A stretch of DNA of 64,000 nucleotides from a virus (Duplodnaviria > Caudoviricetes), in the IMG/VR virus record IMGVR_UViG_3300030330_004405, positions 1 to 64,000 of that record, one strand, 5' to 3'. Made by a program: the position numbers and the translations under genes. The notes under the pieces are model-generated. The model saw only the letters and a list, made by a program, of their open reading frames with translations. It searched no databases and was not told where the DNA came from. How positions within the stretch are numbered: position 1 is the first letter of the stretch; every line of letters starts with the position of its first letter. Below are positions 1-8,102 of the stretch, one piece after another.

Positions 1-1542
1 ATAGCTAAGTTCTTGGATCTAGAGCTGTTTGAGCAAAAGTTTAAACTTGCAAAAGAAGATTCTGTTGACCTTAAGGGCGCATTAAAGAGACTAGAAACCA
101 AAAACTACGAAGAAGATATTCAGCAAACGATCGAAGCCCTTGACAGCACTAGAGTAGAACTGCAAGAACAAAGAAACAAGTGCGAAGAATTGAAGAATAA
201 TCTAGAGTTGTTATCATCTAATTGCACCGAGATACAGGGTAAGATTGACTCGATACCAGCAGAGATTATCGATATCGCTAATATTACAAAGCAAATACGT
301 CACAAAGAAAACCAGGTGACATCTTTGCAGTTGAAGGTTGGAGAAGACGAAGACACTCTTAAGATCAAGCAAGGTCTCTACGAAAGAGTGTTAGAATTTA
401 TTGACAACTTTGAGCTTGAGAAGTACCAAAAAATTAAGCGAGAAATCGACAATAAAAAGCAAAATCTAAGTGAACAAGAAGTAGAAGTTGACAAGCTTAG
501 TAATCAACACGAAGATATTATCAAAAAGGAAAAGCTATTGGACAAGATTCCTTGCGGTACTTCGTTTCCGACGTGTCGATTTATTAGGGATGCGCACGTA
601 GCAGTCGCTAACAAAACATCAGTAGAAGAGGAACAAAGCAGGATTTTAAGCTTAATCACGGAGACGCAACAGCAGATTGATTTGCTCGACCCGGCACAAG
701 TAGAAGCTCAGCTTGATAGATTCGATAAGATGAAAGAAAGCAAGAACGTTGTGTCATCAGCCATAGCTGACTTGAACTTAGAGATTGAGAGAAACAAGAA
801 TACTATCTTGACAGTCAAGAATGATTTGTCTGAACTAATCACTAAGCGAGATGAGTACGAGCAGAACAAAGAAGCTATTGAAAACCTTGAGGTCTTGGTC
901 ACTGAGCTGAACAAGTGCCATTATTCAATTGAACAAACAAAGGCTAGCATCGACACTTGTGATGCATCAACACTAGAGTTGGTAAAGACACTTGGCTCAC
1001 AAGAGCAAAAGCTAGAAAACTTGCGAGACCAAAAGCAAGAGTATCACGATCTACAGACCGAGTTCGCTGCATATGATTTGTTTATGCAATGCATGCATCC
1101 TAACGGTATCGCATACGACGTTATCAAGAAGAAGATCCCTGTGATTAACTCAGAGATAGCAAAGGTGCTAGCCAATATTGTAGAATTTGAAGTGTTCTTT
1201 GAGGCATCAGGCAACAAGTTTGATATCTCTATCAAACACCCTCAATATGACGAGCGACCTATCGAAATGGCGTCAGGTGCAGAAAAGTCTTTGTCTGCAA
1301 TGGCTATTCGTCTAGCTCTTTTAGGCGTGTCTTCACTACCTACAGGTGACTTATTTATCTTAGATGAACCGGGCACTGCTCTGGACGAAGATAATATGTC
1401 GGGTTTTATTCAGATTTTGGAACTAATTAAAGTGTATTTTAAGAACGTTTTGTTGATCTCTCACCTCGATTCGCTTAAGGATTGTGTAGATATGCAAATC
1501 GTAATTGATAAAAAAGCAGGATACGCAAAGGTAAACCAGTAA
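1..1542 (+). CDS. SbcC/Rad50/gp46-like recombination ATPase, 5'-truncated by window edge
   Basis: Long coiled coil; ABC signature (ASGAEK), Walker B (FILDEP), H-loop (ISH). Frame is open from base 1. Confidence 0.9.
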   Translation: MAKFLDLELFEQKFKLAKEDSVDLKGALKRLETKNYEEDIQQTIEALDSTRVELQEQRNKCEELKNNLELLSSNCTEIQGKIDSIPAEIIDIANITKQIRHKENQVTSLQLKVGEDEDTLKIKQGLYERVLEFIDNFELEKYQKIKREIDNKKQNLSEQEVEVDKLSNQHEDIIKKEKLLDKIPCGTSFPTCRFIRDAHVAVANKTSVEEEQSRILSLITETQQQIDLLDPAQVEAQLDRFDKMKESKNVVSSAIADLNLEIERNKNTILTVKNDLSELITKRDEYEQNKEAIENLEVLVTELNKCHYSIEQTKASIDTCDASTLELVKTLGSQEQKLENLRDQKQEYHDLQTEFAAYDLFMQCMHPNGIAYDVIKKKIPVINSEIAKVLANIVEFEVFFEASGNKFDISIKHPQYDERPIEMASGAEKSLSAMAIRLALLGVSSLPTGDLFILDEPGTALDEDNMSGFIQILELIKVYFKNVLLISHLDSLKDCVDMQIVIDKKAGYAKVNQ

Positions 1543-1739
1543 TGAAGATCACTAAATCAGAATTGAAGCAAATGATTAAAGAAGAATTGCAACAAACAAT
1601 TGCCCAAGAACAACAACTTGATGAGGCACCAATTCTTCCATTAATAATGTCTGCATTAAAAAACCCAGCAGTTCAAAAAATGTTAATGGATATGCTCATG
1701 CCGATGATTGAAAAAGCAATGGCAAGCAACGACAAATAG
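1542..1739 (+). CDS. Small protein with MKITKSELKQMIKEEL leader, putative internal head protein
   Basis: Leader shared with several proteins in the window; hydrophobic, Met-rich C-terminus. Confidence 0.7.
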   Translation: MKITKSELKQMIKEELQQTIAQEQQLDEAPILPLIMSALKNPAVQKMLMDMLMPMIEKAMASNDK

Positions 1740-1748
1740 GAATAAATA

Positions 1749-2888
1749 ATGTCAAACGATAACGATAATAACGAATTTGATTTTCTGCCTCCCGCAGAAC
1801 CCCCACCCGCATTCGCGCAGGAAAAAGACAGCTACCACGAAGAAGTAGACGCAGAAGACTTTGGTATGGTTGAGGATTTTGGACTCCAGATGGAATACTC
1901 TGATGAAGACCTTCTCCCAGAAAACACTGCCCCTTCTTCCTTGAACGTAGGCTTTGTTGGGGTTGGCGGTGGAGGCAACAAAATGGCCAACGCTTTTATT
2001 GAGCTTGGTTTCAACAAAACGTTGCTTGTTAATACAACAGGCAAAGACATTCCGAAGAATGTCGAAGAGGATCACGTTGTCCTTATTCCCGATTCTGATG
2101 GAATCGGCAAAAACGTAGAATATGGAAAAGAGGTTTTAAGTCAAAATGGAGCGATTGTCGAAGATGCTCTCCGCATCAAACTTGGTAAAGTTGATTGGTT
2201 GTTTGTCCTTGCTGGGGGTGGCGGTGGTACCGGTAGCTCTGTCACTGCTTTACAGCCTGTCTTTGAGCGTTACTTACGATCTGTTCAGGCTTCTGGTCGA
2301 GTCGTTTATATAGTCTCCTGGCCGACAGCACAAGAAAACCTTAACCCCACAATTGCTCGCAATGCGTTGACGCTGGCTAACGATGTTACGCCGCACGCAC
2401 ACATCATTCTTGATAACGAGCGCTCTACTCGCTTACTTCGCGGCAGAATTGGTATGCTTGGCATGTACCCAGTCGCTAACACACAATTTGCTAAGTCGCT
2501 TGCCCAAGTGCTTAAACTCTCCACAGAGGATTCACCGATCCAATCTTTCGATAGCAAGGATTTGGAAACGTGCTTGAGCAATAGCGGCCGAGCCTTTATG
2601 GGCTCGACTATGATAAAGGATCCAAATACTGGAAAGCTTGGATCGGTGATCCTTCACAACTGCATGAATCGTTCTGCATGTCCCCCACCCAAGGGCAAGG
2701 CTGCCGCAGGCTCGCTAGTGCTGGTTGTGTCAGAAGAGATGGTGGCTGATCCAAAAGTCAGCAAGAATATTGAGTCGGCAATCGCTTATGTCGGCGGTCG
2801 ATGCGAGACACTTTTCTCTGGCGTTTATGTCAGAAAGAATGTGCCCGGTTTGATTGCGATACTAAGTATGAATGGATTAGCAACATAG
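1749..2888 (+). CDS. Tubulin/FtsZ-family GTPase (PhuZ/TubZ/CetZ-like)
   Basis: GVGGGGNK, AGGGGGTGS tubulin signature, DNE, T7-loop-like SFDSKD; acidic N-terminal extension of about 65 aa. Confidence 0.9.
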   Translation: MSNDNDNNEFDFLPPAEPPPAFAQEKDSYHEEVDAEDFGMVEDFGLQMEYSDEDLLPENTAPSSLNVGFVGVGGGGNKMANAFIELGFNKTLLVNTTGKDIPKNVEEDHVVLIPDSDGIGKNVEYGKEVLSQNGAIVEDALRIKLGKVDWLFVLAGGGGGTGSSVTALQPVFERYLRSVQASGRVVYIVSWPTAQENLNPTIARNALTLANDVTPHAHIILDNERSTRLLRGRIGMLGMYPVANTQFAKSLAQVLKLSTEDSPIQSFDSKDLETCLSNSGRAFMGSTMIKDPNTGKLGSVILHNCMNRSACPPPKGKAAAGSLVLVVSEEMVADPKVSKNIESAIAYVGGRCETLFSGVYVRKNVPGLIAILSMNGLAT

Positions 2889-2894
2889 GAGATT

Positions 2895-3098
2895 ATGATG
2901 AAAAAACTATTTGAAAATTGGCGAAACAGCCTTGATGAAGAAGAAGTAGACGAGGGTATTGAAAACATTACCCCCGAGAATGTACAAATAGCTGCCGATG
3001 CTATTAGACAGGTTGTTGCTAACCTTGCTCCAGCAGCCATTTTGCCTGCATTGATGCTAATTTATAAAGAATACAAAGGCAAGAAGAAGGGCGAGTAA
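2895..3098 (+). CDS. Small protein with MKKLFENW..L.EE leader
   Basis: SD AGGAG; leader, then hydrophobic helix and basic tail. Confidence 0.7.
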   Translation: MMKKLFENWRNSLDEEEVDEGIENITPENVQIAADAIRQVVANLAPAAILPALMLIYKEYKGKKKGE

Positions 3099-3404
3099 AT
3101 GAACTGGATCAAATCACTTTGGAGCAAGCTTGTAAGTAGCACATCAACTTCGCCAACATTAGTATTGGTGGAAGAGGTCGACGAAGATACAACCGAAGAA
3201 TTACCACCCGCGGGAGAAATACTTGAACAAATTCTCCTTGATGCCGGCATTGGTCAAGCAACCATAGATAAGCTTGACATATTAAACCTTTTTGAAGACT
3301 GGTATGACGGACCTGCTGATGCTGAGCATGTTGCGGGTAGTATTCAAAGTTTTAAAGAAGCTATGGGCGGGGCGATTAACGCTAAGCTAAATAAAGTAAA
3401 ATGA
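3099..3404 (+). CDS. Hypothetical protein
   Basis: Abuts both neighbours; no recognisable motif. Confidence 0.6.
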   Translation: MNWIKSLWSKLVSSTSTSPTLVLVEEVDEDTTEELPPAGEILEQILLDAGIGQATIDKLDILNLFEDWYDGPADAEHVAGSIQSFKEAMGGAINAKLNKVK

Positions 3405-3847
3405 ACATTACCAGAAAAGAATTACAACAGATCATCAAAGAAGAGTGTGAGGCAGTTACACTTGAGCGGTTAGTTGTTAAGAAAAAACAAGCCAAAAACA
3501 AAAGAATGGTCGAAGACAAAAAAATGGATATTATCAATAAAATGCTGGCAGCTATCGAGCAGTTTAGCAATGATCCAGAAGTAATTGATGCTATGGGTAC
3601 TGATGGTCTTTCCGGTGCGCTACAATCAATTAAAGATAAGATTCTCAGCAACCAAGACGCGGAAGAAGACAGTGGAGGTTTGGATTCAGTTATGGAAAAA
3701 GAACTCACTAAGCCTGAGAAGAAAGAAAAAGAGAAGATTGTCAAAGGTATGAAGAAAGACAAGAAGGGTTTTAAACAAAGATATGGCGACGATGCAGAGT
3801 CAGTTATGTATGCTACTGCAACCAAGTTAGCCAAGGAAAAGAAGTGA
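3401..3847 (+). CDS. Putative internal head protein (MNITRKELQQIIKEE leader)
   Basis: Shared leader; highly charged, with C-terminal YATATKLAK segment. Confidence 0.7.
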   Translation: MNITRKELQQIIKEECEAVTLERLVVKKKQAKNKRMVEDKKMDIINKMLAAIEQFSNDPEVIDAMGTDGLSGALQSIKDKILSNQDAEEDSGGLDSVMEKELTKPEKKEKEKIVKGMKKDKKGFKQRYGDDAESVMYATATKLAKEKK

Positions 3848-3854
3848 GGGTTTA

Positions 3855-4055
3855 ATGGTGGCAAAAGCAACTGCATTTATGGATACTTGGTTAGCAAAGC
3901 TAACATCTCGTAAGTTGATGGTTTGGCTTACAGCCACAGGTCTCACTCTTGCCGGTCATGTAACAAGCGAAGACTGGGTAATTATTTCAGCAATCTATAT
4001 CGGAGGTCAGACTGTCATTGATGGCATCGCTAGATTGCGAGGTTTTAATGACTAA
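3855..4055 (+). CDS. Putative holin
   Basis: 66 aa, SRK motif followed by two hydrophobic segments; precedes spanin-like genes. Confidence 0.55.
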   Translation: MVAKATAFMDTWLAKLTSRKLMVWLTATGLTLAGHVTSEDWVIISAIYIGGQTVIDGIARLRGFND

Positions 4056-4431
4056 AAAAGTTATACTTGAGTTTGTATTAAAAAATTGGAAAGCGCTGCT
4101 GATTGTAGCGCTATTGATTGTTGTCGCAATGAAAAGTCGCAGCGACTACAAACTAATGCAAGAAGCATACGAAACTCAAGCCGAATCATACCAAGCACAG
4201 ATAGAGGGCTTGAAAGAAATACATAAAGAAGAGATTCGCGAAAAACAAAAGCTAATGGAAAAACACTTAGAATCTATCGCACAGATCGAAGAGGACTATG
4301 AAAATGCTTTGCAAATGATTAGTGAATTAAGAGAAGATAAGAGAAACGAATATACAAACAAGTTCAATAGAGATAGAGAGCAACTAATTAAAGATATAGA
4401 AGAGAAGTTTGGTATCGAATATGTTCCTTAA
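4048..4431 (+). CDS. Membrane-anchored coiled-coil protein (i-spanin-like)
   Basis: N-terminal TM (ALLIVALLIVVAM) then coiled coil; start reassigned to ATG 4048. Confidence 0.5.
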   Translation: MTKKVILEFVLKNWKALLIVALLIVVAMKSRSDYKLMQEAYETQAESYQAQIEGLKEIHKEEIREKQKLMEKHLESIAQIEEDYENALQMISELREDKRNEYTNKFNRDREQLIKDIEEKFGIEYVP

Positions 4432-4837
4432 ATTTTTGCTAATGTTGACTATGGCAGCTAACGCCACCGAACCAGCAAAATTTACTGTACTAGAATATAA
4501 AACTCCTGCTCCCTTCGCTGGTGTCTTGTTTGACGAGAAAGCAATCGCAAAAATGATGGCTGATTTTGACATCTACAAATACTCTTGCGATATAAAAACT
4601 GAATATCAGTTAAAGATACAAAGAGAAGAATACGATTACAAGTTAGAAAATATGAGAATTGAGCACGAAGCATTAACAAAAGAGTACGATTTGTTTATAA
4701 TGCAAAAGAATACGGAAATTGACGCATTGACTAACGCGCTAAAAAAAACTTCGCCCCGCTACAAATGGTTGTATTTTGCTGGTGGGATCCTCATTGGTAC
4801 TGCAAGTACATACGCCGTATATAAGGCACTTAAATGA
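4421..4837 (+). CDS. Exported coiled-coil protein with C-terminal TM (spanin-partner-like)
   Basis: Signal peptide ending ANA, coiled coil, C-terminal TM WLYFAGGILIG; start ATG 4421. Confidence 0.45.
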   Translation: MFLKFLLMLTMAANATEPAKFTVLEYKTPAPFAGVLFDEKAIAKMMADFDIYKYSCDIKTEYQLKIQREEYDYKLENMRIEHEALTKEYDLFIMQKNTEIDALTNALKKTSPRYKWLYFAGGILIGTASTYAVYKALK

Positions 4838-5217
4838 GCACTGATTATGACCATATCGCCGCAGTAGAGAAAGCAATTGCAGAAAAATACGGCTCTGAGG
4901 CAATCGAGAATCCACGCTCAAAATGGGACGAGAAAAAAGAAAAAGAATACCTGCTACAAATGCAAGAATTATATTCTAAACAAAAGAAAAACGAACAGTC
5001 CCAAGAGAAAATTGAGATAAATGGTATAAAGGTATCAAAAAAACTACTTAATAGAGAGCAATTGCGCTCTTGCCCTGTATGTGGCAAATTCCCTAGAAAA
5101 TCTTTGGACGATGTTTGTTTGATTAAGTACGACTGTTGTGGTGATTGCTACATCCAGTACGTCGACGGCAGAGAACAAAGATGGAAAGAAGGTTGGCGTC
5201 CAAATGAAGATAAGTAA
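4834..5217 (+). CDS. Hypothetical zinc-finger protein
   Basis: CPVC...CCGDC. Confidence 0.65.
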   Translation: MSTDYDHIAAVEKAIAEKYGSEAIENPRSKWDEKKEKEYLLQMQELYSKQKKNEQSQEKIEINGIKVSKKLLNREQLRSCPVCGKFPRKSLDDVCLIKYDCCGDCYIQYVDGREQRWKEGWRPNEDK

Positions 5218-5488
5218 ACAAAAACTCAAGCAAATCATTTTAGAAGAATTAGAAGAAGTATGCGGTGTTCAAGCACCGATGCAATCTCACTGTGCTGATG
5301 ATCACGAAGCTTCTATGGCTAAAGCAGACTTGAGCAGACTGAGTGAGTACGCCGCTGAATTGGAACAAATGATTCACGATGGTGAAGAACTTGAGGGCTG
5401 GGTGCAATCAAAGATTACTAAGGCTGCGGACTACATATCATCCGTTAAGCACTACTTAGAATATGACAAATTAAAAGGACATGAATAA
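5204..5488 (+). CDS. Putative internal head protein (MKISKQKLKQIILEEL leader)
   Basis: Start reassigned to ATG 5204; leader plus WVQSKITKAADY segment. Confidence 0.7.
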   Translation: MKISKQKLKQIILEELEEVCGVQAPMQSHCADDHEASMAKADLSRLSEYAAELEQMIHDGEELEGWVQSKITKAADYISSVKHYLEYDKLKGHE

Positions 5489-6036
5489 TGGCAACAGTAT
5501 ATGAAATCGTGCAGGGGTTATCCCAAGCAGCAGCAAACGCTTATGACGGCGCACTTGACGAGAGCGGTGAGCCACTTTTGGTTGGATTGCAAAGAGAAGA
5601 GGGAGATCCTATTCTTGACAAGAGAGTGATGGACGGCTTTAACGTTAAGTTTTATGGCAATATGATGTGCCTTTCTTACATGTCTGAAGTTACTTTAAAG
5701 GAAGTATACGCAAGTGGCTTCGAAACCAGAATGGAAGAACAGATCGCTGAGATCGTAAAGTTCCTCAAGAAGGAATACCGTAAGATTCGCGGAGAGTCAG
5801 TCGCTCTTACTGCGGATGGGGAGATTGACGTACGAGTTGAAAACTCTACCAGAGTCCGTTCTTGGGTTACAGCGAAGATGCATTATAAGGTTGGCGGTCT
5901 TAACGAAGACATGGCTGTTGCAGCTGAACAAGAAACTAAGCCAGAAGACAGTTTTAGAAAGTTTATTGACCAAGGTGGTTGGACTGGTGACGGCGGAAAG
6001 CGTCCACAAAACGATACCCGAAAGAAGGAATCGTAA
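5488..6036 (+). CDS. Hypothetical protein
   Basis: 182 aa ORF coupled to neighbours. Confidence 0.75.
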   Translation: MATVYEIVQGLSQAAANAYDGALDESGEPLLVGLQREEGDPILDKRVMDGFNVKFYGNMMCLSYMSEVTLKEVYASGFETRMEEQIAEIVKFLKKEYRKIRGESVALTADGEIDVRVENSTRVRSWVTAKMHYKVGGLNEDMAVAAEQETKPEDSFRKFIDQGGWTGDGGKRPQNDTRKKES

Positions 6037-6037
6037 G

Positions 6038-6514
6038 ATGAATATCACTGCTGCCAGATTAAAACAAATTATTGTTGAAGAATATATCAAAGAAGAATTG
6101 TTGACCGATAGTCAAGCCGCTGAAGATCTGTTAAAGCAGATTCTTGGTGACGAAGAATATGAGCGCCGCCAAGCTCTTAAGAATCGCGGATCTCGTGGTG
6201 GTGATACTGCCCCGATGGAAAAGCCTCATCAGGCAGTGAGTACAATGGCGATTGATACCGGAGAAGTGCCACAGCCCTCTGGTCCTGAAAACTTAGAAGA
6301 TCAGATTTCTGATATGATTAAAGGCATGCCTCCCGAGGATGTGCAAGATCTTTTTCAGGCTGTATTTGCCAAGATTCCTGGTGTTCAAATGGGCGCTGAC
6401 GAGGAAGAGCCACCCGAAAGCCTTTACAGCCCCGGCGCCGAAGGTCGCCCACAGGTTGGTTTCAAACTAGAAGAATTACAAGAACTTATCCGCAGAGTAC
6501 TCAGGGATGTATGA
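6038..6514 (+). CDS. Putative internal head protein (MNITAARLKQIIVEEY leader)
   Basis: Start reassigned to ATG 6038 (upstream extension overlaps previous gene); shared leader. Confidence 0.7.
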   Translation: MNITAARLKQIIVEEYIKEELLTDSQAAEDLLKQILGDEEYERRQALKNRGSRGGDTAPMEKPHQAVSTMAIDTGEVPQPSGPENLEDQISDMIKGMPPEDVQDLFQAVFAKIPGVQMGADEEEPPESLYSPGAEGRPQVGFKLEELQELIRRVLRDV

Positions 6515-8094
6515 GCTTCCAACTGGACAAAAAGCAACAGATTAAAGAAATCGTAAAGTGTGGCAAAGATCCAGCCTACTTTCTTAACAACTATGCAAGA
6601 ATTTCACACCCGCTTCATGGATTAATTCTGTTTAACACATACGATTTTCAAGATGATCTACTGAAAGACTTTAACGATTATCGATTTAACGTTATTCTTA
6701 AAGCACGGCAATTGGGTATTTCAACGGTTACCGCTGGCTATATCACTTGGATGATGCTTTTTCATCGTGATAAGGCTATCTTGGTTATGGCAACTAAGTT
6801 TGCTACAGCTGGTAACTTGGTCAAAAAAGTAAAGAACATCATGAGAAATGTTCCAGATTGGCTAAAGATAGCTACCATCTCTGTCGATAACCGCACATCA
6901 TTCGAGTTATCAAACGGCTCATCTATCAAGGCTGCCTCGACCTCTGGCGATGCCGGTCGTTCTGAAGCGCTGTCTTTACTCGTGCTTGATGAGGCAGCAC
7001 ATATCGAAGGTCTTGAGGAGTTGTGGACTGGTCTGTATCCTACGTTGTCCACTGGTGGTCGCTGCATTGCGCTGTCAACTCCTAACGGTGTAGGTAATTG
7101 GTTTCATAAAACATGTGCGGACGCAGAAAGCGGCGCCAACAACTTCAACATAACAACACTACCTTGGGATGTTCACCCCGATCGAGGACAAGAATGGTAT
7201 AAGAAAGAAACCAAAAACATGTCCAAGCGCCAGATTGCACAAGAGCTTGAGTGCAACTTCAACACCTCTGGTGAAACAGTCATCGACCCAGAGTGTATGG
7301 AGTGGTTACTGACTAATGTTAAAGAACCAAAGCACAGAACCGGTTTTGATAGAAACTTTTGGATTTGGGAAGAATACGATCCTTCTTGCAATTATCTATT
7401 GGTTGCTGATGTTGCACGCGGCGACGGCGCCGACTTTTCAACGTTTCATATTATTAAGTTAGAAACTTTGGAGGTTATTGGAGAATACCAAGGCAAGCCT
7501 ACTCTAGATATGTATGCAGGTATGTTAAACGAAGTAGGTAAAGAGTTTGGCAACTGTATGATAGTCGTTGAGAACAACAATATTGGATTTTCTGTACTTG
7601 ACAAGTTAAACGAATCGAGGTATCCTAACTTGTATCATTCAATCAAATCAACACATGAGTATGTTGACCAACATTCGGCTGAATATATGAATTCAAGTGT
7701 ACCCGGTTTTACCACCTCTATGAAAACTCGACCATTGATAATTGCTAAATTAGAAGAGTTTATAAGAAATAAACTAATTACCATATATTCTTCTCGCACA
7801 ATTAACGAGATGAAGACTTTTATTTGGAGAAACGGCAAACCACAAGCGATGAAAGGATACCATGATGATTTAATTATGGCTCTTGCTATTGCTTGCTGGG
7901 TTAGAGATACTGCGATACAATCAAGTGCCAGAGAGCTTAATTACAAAAAAGCATTTTTGGGAGCAATATACAAAACAAATACAACGATGAACACTCAAAT
8001 TAGAGGACAACAAGGGTACAAAAAAGACGAATTGTTTGATAAAATGAACGAAGCAAAAGACATCTACGACCAATATAAGTGGATTATAAAGTGA
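6511..8094 (+). CDS. Terminase large subunit (T4 gp17-like)
   Basis: Walker A-like KARQLGIS, Walker B LVLDEAA, STPNG, nuclease motifs ADVA.GDG.D and HDD. Confidence 0.95.
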   Translation: MSFQLDKKQQIKEIVKCGKDPAYFLNNYARISHPLHGLILFNTYDFQDDLLKDFNDYRFNVILKARQLGISTVTAGYITWMMLFHRDKAILVMATKFATAGNLVKKVKNIMRNVPDWLKIATISVDNRTSFELSNGSSIKAASTSGDAGRSEALSLLVLDEAAHIEGLEELWTGLYPTLSTGGRCIALSTPNGVGNWFHKTCADAESGANNFNITTLPWDVHPDRGQEWYKKETKNMSKRQIAQELECNFNTSGETVIDPECMEWLLTNVKEPKHRTGFDRNFWIWEEYDPSCNYLLVADVARGDGADFSTFHIIKLETLEVIGEYQGKPTLDMYAGMLNEVGKEFGNCMIVVENNNIGFSVLDKLNESRYPNLYHSIKSTHEYVDQHSAEYMNSSVPGFTTSMKTRPLIIAKLEEFIRNKLITIYSSRTINEMKTFIWRNGKPQAMKGYHDDLIMALAIACWVRDTAIQSSARELNYKKAFLGAIYKTNTTMNTQIRGQQGYKKDELFDKMNEAKDIYDQYKWIIK

Positions 8095-8102
8095 GAAAAT
8101 AA

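Noticed and set aside
5816-6037. Upstream extensions of track ORFs (5816, 5138, 26545, 17756, 35885, 44051, 11406)
   Set aside because: They overlap neighbouring genes or terminators; downstream ATGs with leader or SD fit better
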